DNA of 59,982 bases from Tepidisphaeraceae bacterium (lineage in GTDB: Bacteria > Planctomycetota > Phycisphaerae > Tepidisphaerales > Tepidisphaeraceae): the NCBI GenBank assembly GCA_036558265.1, contig DATBFY010000088.1:1-59982 (forward strand), in the 5' to 3' direction. The translations under genes were made by a program, and so were the position numbers. Below are positions 1 to 7,837 of the stretch, piece by piece (the stretch's first letter is position 1; every line of letters starts with the position of its first letter). The notes under the pieces were generated by a model. It was not told the DNA's origin, searched no databases, and saw only the letters and a program-made list of their open reading frames with translations.

Positions 1-562
1 CCCGCTCGTTCACCGACAACCGCTGCACCTGCTGCATGATCCACTTCGGATCGGTGACCATCCCCGTCTGCCCCTCCTTGAGCTTGCCGATCAGCTTCTG
101 GGTGACGTCCTTCATCGGGTCGACGTTGAGCCAGCGGAACATCGTCTCAAAGAGGTCGTCGCGCCGGTCCGCCGCAACCGCCTGAAACGCCTGGAGCGTC
201 TCGGCCGGGCTTGCGCCCGAGTCCAGCACCTTCTGCCCCGCCTGCACCGCCAGGTCGTACTTGGCGGTCTTGGCGAAATGCCAGTAATCCTCCGCCGCCG
301 CGCGAACCGGGTTGGCCTGCGGGATCGGCGTGAGGGGAGGCGGCGCATCGGGGTTGGGTTGTGCCGCGGTCGGCGTGGCGGTCGGCGTTGGCGCCGCCGT
401 GTTGCCCGCGGGCGCAGCGGTGCCGGCGTTCCCCGCCGGTTGCGGCGCGGTGGGCTTGGCTCCGATCTCAGGCGCGTCCGCCAGTGCTCGGGAAGCGGGA
501 ATCAACGGCGTGGCCATCGCGGCGGCAAGGGCGACGGCGGTCAGGACGCGAGGCAGTCGCAT
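1..562 (-). CDS. hypothetical secreted protein (3' end lies outside the window)
   Basis: Absent from the ORF track because it runs off the window edge. ATG at complement 560-562 gives MRLPRVLTAVALAAAMATPLIPASRALA (signal-peptide-like). A Pro/Ala/Thr-rich linker and a helical region follow (DYWHFAKTAKYDLAVQAGQKVL...). The frame is open to position 1. Confidence 0.6.
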   Translation of the reverse strand, partial: MRLPRVLTAVALAAAMATPLIPASRALADAPEIGAKPTAPQPAGNAGTAAPAGNTAAPTPTATPTAAQPNPDAPPPLTPIPQANPVRAAAEDYWHFAKTAKYDLAVQAGQKVLDSGASPAETLQAFQAVAADRRDDLFETMFRWLNVDPMKDVTQKLIGKLKEGQTGMVTDPKWIMQQVQRLSVNER

Positions 563-829
563 GGTGCTGGCCTCCAAAGGTGAGGGGACAAAGATGTCGA
601 TCGCGCTGCGTGTGGAGCAATGCTCAAGCGTTTGCCGCCCCGCGGGGACACGACCTCCCAAGGCGGCAATTCGTTGTCGCAGCAGATGATAAAAACCGCT
701 GAGCCGCACTGTCAAGAAACCGACCAACTCCACACAGGTCGCCTCATGAGCCGCCTCACACATGAACCGCGACCTCGCGACCCGCCGGCTTGCCCACCTC
801 CCCCGACCTCATTACACTCGCCCCTTCCC

Positions 830-1645
830 ATGAAATCGGAACACCGCCACGAACTCAAGACCAACGACCTCGCCAAGTCCCTGATCACCTTCCAGGATTA
901 CGCCAAGGAGTACGGCGGCCGCGTGGCGCTGGGTCTGGCGATCGTCATCCTCGCCATCGTCCTGATCACCCAGCGGATCTCCCGCGCCCGCTCCGACGCC
1001 CAACGCTACCAGGACAACCTCGCCTTCGCCCGATCCGTCATCGACCGCCTCAACCACGTCCAGGTCGGGTTCAGCGGGCAGGTCAGCGTCCAGCCCGGCG
1101 ACGCCGACCCCGCCCGGCGCATCCTCCAGGAGATCCGCGAGAAGGCCTCCGACAAGCATACCCTGGCCGACGCCCTCCTCGCCCAGGGCGACCTGGAGTG
1201 GGCCCTGGCGAACTACCCCGATCTCGCGGCCGCCACTCAGCCCGCCCCGAAACTGGAAAAAGACCGCGGGGACCTGCTCAAGGACGCCAAGGCCGCCTAT
1301 CAGCGCGTGCTCGAGCAGTACCCCGACCAGCCGATCCCGGTCGCCGGAGCGCATTTCGGGTTGGCGGCCGTCGCCGAGAACGAGCGCCAGTGGGATGACG
1401 CCCGCAAGCATTACGACGCCATCAAGAACGCCGCCGGTGCCTCCCAGTACAAGAACTGGGCAGAGTTCAAGCTCAAGCGCCTGGATGAGATCCGCCAACC
1501 CGTGCTCGTCGGACAGGTGGCCGAGAAGTTCGAGATCCCCGCGCCCCCCAGCACCGGTCCGACGACCCAGTTGAGCACGCGTCCGGCCGCGCACCCCAGC
1601 ACCGCCGGCGCGCGACCCACCACCACCCGCCCCGCCGGCAAGTAA
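830..1645 (+). CDS. membrane-anchored TPR-like/helical-repeat protein
   Basis: ATG at 830 (MKSEHRHELKTNDLAKSLITFQDYAKEYGG) followed by one hydrophobic helix (RVALGLAIVILAIVLITQRI). A helical region and a Pro/Thr-rich tail follow. The upstream part of track ORF 620..1645 is low complexity and was dropped. Confidence 0.7.
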   Translation: MKSEHRHELKTNDLAKSLITFQDYAKEYGGRVALGLAIVILAIVLITQRISRARSDAQRYQDNLAFARSVIDRLNHVQVGFSGQVSVQPGDADPARRILQEIREKASDKHTLADALLAQGDLEWALANYPDLAAATQPAPKLEKDRGDLLKDAKAAYQRVLEQYPDQPIPVAGAHFGLAAVAENERQWDDARKHYDAIKNAAGASQYKNWAEFKLKRLDEIRQPVLVGQVAEKFEIPAPPSTGPTTQLSTRPAAHPSTAGARPTTTRPAGK

Positions 1646-1648
1646 CCC

Positions 1649-2215
1649 TCAGAGACGATCGCAAGATTCAACTAACAACCCGTCCCGGGTTTCCAGCACC
1701 ATGAACGACGGCAGCCCCATCCGCCGCCACACGGCGAACGGGTCCTGCTTCGCCCTGTGCTGGGCAAGCAGCGCGATCACCGTCCCGTGACTGACGACCG
1801 CCACCGGCGCATCGCCCGACTCCCGCTCGAGGATCCCGTCGATCGCCGCCGCGAACCGCTCGTACGCCTCGTCCGCCGTCTCCTCCCCCAGCACCAGGCG
1901 GTCAGGCTGCTTGAAGAACAGCGCCATCAGCGAGATGAACTCGCGCGTGTCCATGTGCGGGACATTGCTGCGATCGTGCTCGTGAAGGTCCGGCAGTTCG
2001 ACGGCCGATAGTTCGAGGGATTGCCCGACGATTTGCGCGGTTTCGAGCGCCTTGGGCTCGGTGCTGGTGTATAGCCGTCCGATGCCCCGACCGCGGAGGC
2101 GATCGGCCAATCGGGTGGCGGCGTCGCGCCCTTCGGGGCCCAGGCTCCACCGCTCGGACGGGACCTGCGGGTCGATCTGCGGACGCGCGTGCTTGATCAG
2201 GAAGAGCCTTGCCAT
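1649..2215 (-). CDS. histidine phosphatase family protein (phosphoglycerate-mutase-like)
   Basis: Only the C-terminal 188 codons of track ORF 1649..3652 are used, from the ATG at complement 2213-2215. Motifs 'LFLIKHARP' (RHG-like) and 'VAVVSHGTVIALL' are typical of this fold. The rest of that ORF is antisense to the HD-GYP-like gene. Confidence 0.8.
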   Translation of the reverse strand: MARLFLIKHARPQIDPQVPSERWSLGPEGRDAATRLADRLRGRGIGRLYTSTEPKALETAQIVGQSLELSAVELPDLHEHDRSNVPHMDTREFISLMALFFKQPDRLVLGEETADEAYERFAAAIDGILERESGDAPVAVVSHGTVIALLAQHRAKQDPFAVWRRMGLPSFMVLETRDGLLVESCDRL

Positions 2216-2338
2216 GTCTCGACGTCTCGGAGGGAACGCGTTATCCGGACCCAACGGGGCCGCTTCAGCGGCCCCGGGGCGCGCATACTTGTCGTCCAAC
2301 CCCTTTATATCCGATAGCTTAACATCGGAGAGGCCCGC

Positions 2339-3556
2339 TTGCTGATCGTACCGCTGGAAAACGCCAGGCCCGGGATGAAGCTCGCCGTCACGGTGACCCA
2401 CCCCGACCACCCCGAACAGGAACTGCTCAAGGTTGGTTACGACCTGCGCGAGGACGTCATCGACCGCATGCGCAAGCTCGGCGTCGAGGCGGTCTACGTC
2501 GAGTACCCGGACCTGGCCGACCTCGACAAGCACATGGCCGGCTATCTCAGCCCGGCGCGCCAGGAGATCTACTGCCACGTCCGCGACACGATCACCTCGA
2601 TCCAGAAATCCGCCAAGCCGACCGTCTCCTTCGCCGACTATTACGCCGCCACGCGCGAGCTGGTCGCCACCCTCATGCGGCAGGGTCAGAACGCGGTCTA
2701 CCTCGACCACATGTCCGGCAAGCTGGGCGCCAACGCCGTCGAGCACGCGACCGCCGTCTCGCATCTCTCCCTCATGCTCGGCCTGCGGCTCGAACCCTAC
2801 CTGATCCAGCAGCGGAGCCGCCTCGAACCGCGCCACGCGCGCGAGGTGATCAACCTGGGCGTCGCGGGGATGCTGCACGACATCGGCCTGGCCTGCTTGC
2901 CGGAAGAAGTGCGAAGGTTCTCGCGCGTCAGCCCGCCGGAGGACCCGGCGACGTTCGCCGAGTGGCAAACCCACGCCCAGCGCGGTTACGACCTGATCAA
3001 GGGCGGCGTGGAACCGACCGCCGCCGCCGCCGTGCTCCACCACCACCGCCACTTCGACGGCACGGGCTTTGCCGAGGTCCCCGAGAAGAAGGGCGACCCG
3101 CAGAAGAACGCCGGCCAGCGCATCCACGTCTTCCCGCGCATCCTCACCGTGGCGGACCTGTACGACCGCCTGACCGTCGGCGAAGGCGGGCGGCGACGGC
3201 AGAATATCGAGATCCTCCACCTGATGCGCACCAAGTACTCGGCCTGGATCGATCCTGAAATCATGCGGGTCGTCCCCTCCGTCATCCCCCCCTTCCCGCC
3301 CGGCATGACCGTGACCCTCAGCGACGGTGGACGCGCGGTAACGGTCGGCATACGACCCGACAACCCCTATCGCCCGATGATCAAGCGCATCGTCGACCCG
3401 GCGGAGTTCAAGCTCGCCGAAGAAGTCGTCGATCTCACGCTCGAGCGCGGGCTGGAGATCGAGGAGGTCGGCGGCGTCCCCGCCGGACCGCTCATCCCCG
3501 CCCCACCCGGGGGTGGCGCTAAGAAACCGCAACCCGCCAAGAGCGCCGCGGCATAG
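2339..3556 (+). CDS. HD-GYP-like metal-dependent phosphohydrolase (probable cyclic-di-GMP phosphodiesterase family), paralog 1
   Basis: TTG start with GGAGAGG 5 nt upstream. The N-terminus 'LIVPLENARPGMKLAV' is DUF3391-like. HD motif 'GMLHDIGLACLP'. Degenerate GYP region 'HHHRHFDGTGFAEVP'. Conserved C-terminal 'VIPPFPPGMTVTLSDG' segment. Confidence 0.85.
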   Translation: MLIVPLENARPGMKLAVTVTHPDHPEQELLKVGYDLREDVIDRMRKLGVEAVYVEYPDLADLDKHMAGYLSPARQEIYCHVRDTITSIQKSAKPTVSFADYYAATRELVATLMRQGQNAVYLDHMSGKLGANAVEHATAVSHLSLMLGLRLEPYLIQQRSRLEPRHAREVINLGVAGMLHDIGLACLPEEVRRFSRVSPPEDPATFAEWQTHAQRGYDLIKGGVEPTAAAAVLHHHRHFDGTGFAEVPEKKGDPQKNAGQRIHVFPRILTVADLYDRLTVGEGGRRRQNIEILHLMRTKYSAWIDPEIMRVVPSVIPPFPPGMTVTLSDGGRAVTVGIRPDNPYRPMIKRIVDPAEFKLAEEVVDLTLERGLEIEEVGGVPAGPLIPAPPGGGAKKPQPAKSAAA

Positions 3557-3669
3557 CGCCTGACCGGCGACAGGTTTTCGACAACAACGGGGTACGCCAC
3601 TTTTCCCGCCTGGATGGGGTTGCACGGCACTCCGTTGTATCGGATACCTCAATAGCGGAGTGGGAAGCC

Positions 3670-4866
3670 GTGCTGATCGTACCTTTAGAACAAGCTCGCC
3701 CGGGCATGCGGTTGGCGATGAACGTCAACCACCCGGAGCAACCCGAACACGACCTCTTGAAGGCCGGGTTCGAGCTGCAGGCGGATATCATCGCCCGCCT
3801 GCGCGGCCTGGGCATCGAGACGATTTACGTCGATTACCCGGACCTGGCGGACCTCGACAAGCACATGGCCGCCTATCTCAGCCCGGCGCGCCAGCAGGTC
3901 TACTCGCAGATGCGGGCGACGATCGCCGCGGTGCAGAAGCAGGCCAAGCCCACCGTCGCCTTCCCGGATTACTACGCCTCGACGCGCGAGCTGATCCTGA
4001 CCCTCATGCAGCAGGGACAGCACGCGATCTACATCGACCAGATGTCGGGCAAGATGGGCGGCAACGCCGTCGCTCACGCCACCGCCGTCTCGCACCTCTC
4101 GCTCATGCTCGGCCTGCGCCTGGAGACCTACCTGATCCAGCAGCGGGCGCGGCTCGAAGCGCAGCACGCCCGCGAGGTGATCAACCTGGGTGTGGCGGGC
4201 ATGCTGCATGACATCGGCGTCGCCGCGCTGCCCGAGGCGGTGCGCAAGCACAACCGCGTGAACCCGCCCGAAGATCCCAGGATCCTCGACGAGTGGCGGA
4301 CGCATCCCCAGCGCGGGTACGAGATGCTCAAGGGCGGCGTCGAGGCGACCGCCGCCGCCGCCGTCCTCCACCATCACCAGCACTACGACGGCAGCGGGTT
4401 CCCCATCCTGCCGGTCAAGGAAGGCGATGAGCCGCGGAACGCCGGCGAGCGCATCCACGTCTTCGCGCGCATCCTTGGCGTCGCGGACCTTTACGATCGG
4501 TTGACCGTCGGCCCGCAAGGCCAGCGGCGCTCGAACATCGAGATCCTGCACCTGATGCGCACGACCTACTCGACCTGGCTCGACCCGATGATCATGCGCG
4601 TCGTGCCGTCGGTCATCCCCCCCTTCCCGCCGGGGATGGTGGTCACGCTCAGCGATGGCACGGACGCGGTCGTGGTCGGGGTGCGCCCCGATCGACCCTA
4701 CCAGCCGCAGGTGCGACGGATCGTCGATCCTGCGAGTTTCAAACTCGCCGCCGATACGCTCGACCTGAGCGTCATGAGCGGCCTGGCGATCGAGAAAATC
4801 GCCGGCCAGGCGGTTGCGGAGATGATCCCCGAACCGACCGCCGGCAAGGCCGCACAGGCGGCGTAA
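3670..4866 (+). CDS. HD-GYP-like metal-dependent phosphohydrolase, paralog 2 (tandem duplicate)
   Basis: GTG start with GGAGTGGGAAG upstream. Collinear with 2339..3556 over the full length by eye ('MLIVPLEQARPGMRLAM', 'GMLHDIGVAALP', 'HHHQHYDGSGFPILP', 'VIPPFPPGMVVTLSDG'). Confidence 0.85.
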   Translation: MLIVPLEQARPGMRLAMNVNHPEQPEHDLLKAGFELQADIIARLRGLGIETIYVDYPDLADLDKHMAAYLSPARQQVYSQMRATIAAVQKQAKPTVAFPDYYASTRELILTLMQQGQHAIYIDQMSGKMGGNAVAHATAVSHLSLMLGLRLETYLIQQRARLEAQHAREVINLGVAGMLHDIGVAALPEAVRKHNRVNPPEDPRILDEWRTHPQRGYEMLKGGVEATAAAAVLHHHQHYDGSGFPILPVKEGDEPRNAGERIHVFARILGVADLYDRLTVGPQGQRRSNIEILHLMRTTYSTWLDPMIMRVVPSVIPPFPPGMVVTLSDGTDAVVVGVRPDRPYQPQVRRIVDPASFKLAADTLDLSVMSGLAIEKIAGQAVAEMIPEPTAGKAAQAA

Positions 4867-4893
4867 CACCGCGCGCCACGTTCGGTTGGCACC

Positions 4894-5337
4894 TCACACC
4901 ACGCGGCTCAGCCTGCCCAGCGCAAGGGCGCCCAGGCACAATCCCAGATCGCGCAAGGCCACGTCGTAGTGCGGCATCGTGCTGGATGCCGGGATCAGCA
5001 GCAGGTTGACGATGATGCCCAGCAACCACGCCGCCACGACGTAGGAAAAGACCTTAGGCCACAGCGCCACCCCGATGCCGGCCACGATCTCGATCACCCC
5101 GACGATCAGCATGAACGTGTGGCCGTGGCCACCGAGGGCGTTATTGACCACCGGGGCGAGATAGTTGTCCCAGTTGACCAGCACGTGAAAAAACTTGTCC
5201 AATCCTGCAAGGATTGGCGCAATCGTGAATCCGACGTGCAGGAACTGATAAGCCTGGTAAACAGGGTCATGCACGCCAGCAACATGGCGCGCGGAGTCGC
5301 CCGGAAACCCCGCGGAAGGGTGAACGGCTTGGGACAT
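4894..5337 (-). CDS. small polytopic membrane protein (DoxX-like, tentative)
   Basis: ATG at complement 5335-5337 with GGAGG 6 nt upstream. About four hydrophobic helices ('FTIAPILAGLDKFF', 'FMLIVGVIEIVAGIGVALW', 'VVAAWLLGIIVNLLLI', 'LGLCLGALALG'). The family assignment is from memory only. Confidence 0.6.
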   Translation of the reverse strand: MSQAVHPSAGFPGDSARHVAGVHDPVYQAYQFLHVGFTIAPILAGLDKFFHVLVNWDNYLAPVVNNALGGHGHTFMLIVGVIEIVAGIGVALWPKVFSYVVAAWLLGIIVNLLLIPASSTMPHYDVALRDLGLCLGALALGRLSRVV

Positions 5338-5382
5338 TTGAACCTCCGGTAAAGGGCAGTCCCGCAGACTCGCTCGATACAA

Positions 5383-5397
5383 ACAATTCCCGTGCCA
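5383..5397 (-). promoter_or_regulatory. sigma54-type -24/-12 box candidate upstream of the DoxX-like gene
   Basis: The minus strand reads TGGCAC-GGGAA-TTGT (consensus TGGCAC-N5-TTGC), about 45 nt upstream of the ATG at 5337. The -12 element is GT instead of GC. Confidence 0.3.
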
Positions 5398-5752
5398 GCG
5401 CACCCCGAAATGTCGATGCGCGCCTGTGACGCGCGCGGCGCAACCCCCGTCGCGAAAAAAACGAAAAACTTTTGCCCGAAAACCCCAGCAAAACCACGTC
5501 GTTCACACTCTGATGTCGCCTGGCGCGTCACCGGCGCGCACTGCCACCCCCATAGGTGGAGGACGCGCATGAACCGCCAAACGCTTCAACGTAGGGCTTC
5601 AGCGAGCGAGAATCCCCCTCACCACGTCGCGCAGCGACTCCCCAAAACGCCCCAAAACTCCCCATCCCAGAAAAAAACTCGCGCAAAATCGCCCAGCTTA
5701 ACGTCGCTTCTCGCTCCTTCAGCCGTCGGCGCAAAACGAAGCCAGATTGGCG

Positions 5753-6241
5753 TTAGAACGATTCTTCTTCCTGTTCCACTTCGTGGAGGTAGGTCAGGGC
5801 GCGTTCGAGCTCGCTCTTGAGGTGGCGGACGCGAAGCAGGCTCTTGACGCGGGTGAGCAGCTCGAACTTGTTCACGGGCTTGGAGACGAAGTCGTCGGTG
5901 CCGCACTCGCTGGCCTGCTCGATGTCGCCCAGCTCGTTCAGGGCGGTGACCATCAGGATCTGCACGTCCTTGGTGGCCGGGTCGCCCTTGAGCTTCCGGC
6001 AGACCTGGAAGCCGCTCATGCGGGGCATCATGATGTCGAGGAGGATCAGGTCGGGGTTGTGCTGCTGGACTTTTTCAAGGGCTTCGACGCCGTCGTAGGC
6101 GGTGACGACCTTGACCGGGAGGGCTTCGAGGAAGGCCTGGAGCAGCTCGACGTTCTGCGCGTTATCGTCCACGATCAGGACGGTGGACTGGGGGAGGAAC
6201 GATTCGTTATTGGGCAGCGAAGGCGGGTTCGGCTCGGACAT
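5753..6241 (-). CDS. single-domain response regulator (receiver/CheY-like) with short C-terminal helix
   Basis: 'VLIVDDNAQNVELL', phospho-acceptor context 'PDLILLDIMMPRMSG', 'ILMVTA', 'DDFVSKPV'. No output domain. Starts 15 nt after the stop of the upstream gene. Confidence 0.9.
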   Translation of the reverse strand: MSEPNPPSLPNNESFLPQSTVLIVDDNAQNVELLQAFLEALPVKVVTAYDGVEALEKVQQHNPDLILLDIMMPRMSGFQVCRKLKGDPATKDVQILMVTALNELGDIEQASECGTDDFVSKPVNKFELLTRVKSLLRVRHLKSELERALTYLHEVEQEEESF

Positions 6242-6256
6242 AAGCCCGACAGCCTA

Positions 6257-6955
6257 TCAGGAAAGCCATTGCTCGGGCAAGATATGGAGGAGATTGACCA
6301 GAAGCTGGCGGTCGGCGGCGGCGTCGGAATGGGTCAGGCGGGCGATGAGGCGGCGGAGGTCGGCCGGGTGATCGACGTCGTCCCACGCCAACCCGGTGGC
6401 GGCGGTGTGGCCCAGGGCGTCGGCGGACTTGAGCGTCGCCGTCGCCTCGTCGCCCGAAGACCAGGGGATGGCGGAAAGAAGACGGTCAAAATCGACATGC
6501 TTTTGCAGGCCCAGCGACCAGTAGCCCCCGTCATTGGCGGGACTGAGCGACACGGGGGATCGCTCGGTCAGTTCGACGGCCTTGAAGAGGTGACCCAGGG
6601 GCACGTCGGGGCTGTCAACGCCCAGGACCAGAAGCCGGCGGTGTCGCACTGCAAGATCGCGGGCGGCGGCCGCGATACGCGCGCCCAGGTCACCGGCGCA
6701 CTGAGGCACGAACGTCAATCGATCCCCCCCGTGGTCGAAGAGGGCACGCATGGGGATCGCCTGCTCGGGCGGATCGAAACAGATGACCAGCTCCGCCGGG
6801 TTGAGTCGGGACAGGCGCTCCACCAGGTGCTGAAGGAACAGCCGGTGGACCTGGGCCGCCACTTCCGGGGAGAGACCGGAGGTCAGGCGCGTCTTCACCC
6901 GGCCCGGCGTCGGGTGCTTGGCCATCAGGATGACGGCAATCGAGGAGAGGGGCAT
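6257..6955 (-). CDS. DUF2064 / TIGR04282-type glycosyltransferase-like protein
   Basis: Start at MPLSSIAVILMAKHPTPGRVKTRL (ATG complement 6953-6955), 4 nt after the upstream stop. 'AKxPxPGxVKTRL' is the hallmark I recall for DUF2064. 'GVDSPD' and 'DGGYW' motifs are present. Confidence 0.75.
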   Translation of the reverse strand: MPLSSIAVILMAKHPTPGRVKTRLTSGLSPEVAAQVHRLFLQHLVERLSRLNPAELVICFDPPEQAIPMRALFDHGGDRLTFVPQCAGDLGARIAAAARDLAVRHRRLLVLGVDSPDVPLGHLFKAVELTERSPVSLSPANDGGYWSLGLQKHVDFDRLLSAIPWSSGDEATATLKSADALGHTAATGLAWDDVDHPADLRRLIARLTHSDAAADRQLLVNLLHILPEQWLS

Positions 6956-6959
6956 CGCG

Positions 6960-7799
6960 TTATGCGAAGATGCGCGAGAGGAACTGGTAACTCTGGTCGG
7001 CGGCTTCCTGCGGATTCTGCCAGTGCGTGTAGAGCTCGACGGTGAGGAAGCGTTTATATCCGATGTCAATCAGGGCGCGCTTGAGGGCCTGCCAGTCGAG
7101 CGTGCCCTGGCCGGGGATCATGTGGTAGTGCTTGCGGCCCGGGATGTCTTCGACGTGGAGGTTCCAGATTCGGTCGTTGAGGAGCTTGACGGCATCGGGG
7201 ATCGACTCGCCGATCACCTGCGAGTGGCCGACGTCGAGGTTGGCGCCCAGGCGCGGGTGACCGAGGCGGTCGATCCACTCGCGGAGCTCGGCGACGTATT
7301 CGAGGTAGAGGCCGGGCTCGCACTCGATGCCGACGTTGACATCGAGCTGCTCGGCGCGGTCGAGGATGGGGCGGATGGATTCGGCGAACTGCTTCGCCGC
7401 CGGCTCGGGGGGCATGCCGCCCAGGAGGCGGCCGGAAGTAATCGAGATATTGGCGGCGCCGACGTCCCTGGCAAAGTCGAGCGATTTCAAGATCAGGCGG
7501 GTGCGGTCGGCGCGGTGTTGCGGGTTGGGGGAGATCAGCGAGGGTTCGAAATACGGCTCGGGTGGGGCGTCCTTCCAATAGCCGAACGAGCAGTTGACGT
7601 TGATGTTGGAGACGGAGAGGCCCAGTTGGTCAAGCTCGCGTTTGACCTGGTCGGTCAGGGTTGCGTCGATCGAGTCGGGGTAGGCGTGAGGGGTGTCGGC
7701 GAGGATTTCGACGCCTTCGAAGCCGGCGCCGCGGATGCCGCGCAGGGCGTCGATCAGTGAATGTCGGGAGTAGGCGTTGGTGGAAAAGGCGAGCCGCAT
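6960..7799 (-). CDS. sugar phosphate isomerase/epimerase (xylose-isomerase-like TIM barrel)
   Basis: Start at MRLAFSTNAY (ATG complement 7797-7799). 'GFEGVEIL', 'NLDVGH', 'LHVEDI', 'LTVELY' fit the AP-endonuclease-2/xylose-isomerase-like barrel. The upstream 14 codons of the track ORF translate a repeat spacer. Confidence 0.8.
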   Translation of the reverse strand: MRLAFSTNAYSRHSLIDALRGIRGAGFEGVEILADTPHAYPDSIDATLTDQVKRELDQLGLSVSNINVNCSFGYWKDAPPEPYFEPSLISPNPQHRADRTRLILKSLDFARDVGAANISITSGRLLGGMPPEPAAKQFAESIRPILDRAEQLDVNVGIECEPGLYLEYVAELREWIDRLGHPRLGANLDVGHSQVIGESIPDAVKLLNDRIWNLHVEDIPGRKHYHMIPGQGTLDWQALKRALIDIGYKRFLTVELYTHWQNPQEAADQSYQFLSRIFA

Positions 7800-7805
7800 G
7801 GGGGC

Positions 7806-7834
7806 AATGTCAAATGTCGAAAGGCAAATGTCAA
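7806..7834 (-). promoter_or_regulatory. possible internal promoter/operator (TTGACA-N17-GACATT), ATG 6 nt downstream
   Basis: The minus strand reads CCTTTGACATTTGCCTTTCGACATTTGACATTGCCCCCATG. It carries two TTTGACAT(T)TGC boxes about two helical turns apart. No SD before the ATG at complement 7797-7799. Confidence 0.3.
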
Positions 7835-7837
7835 AGG

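Noticed and set aside
2216-3652. N-terminal 479 codons of the 667-aa ORF 1649..3652
   Set aside because: Only the last 188 codons look like a histidine phosphatase with its own ATG. The rest is antisense to HD-GYP-like paralog 1.
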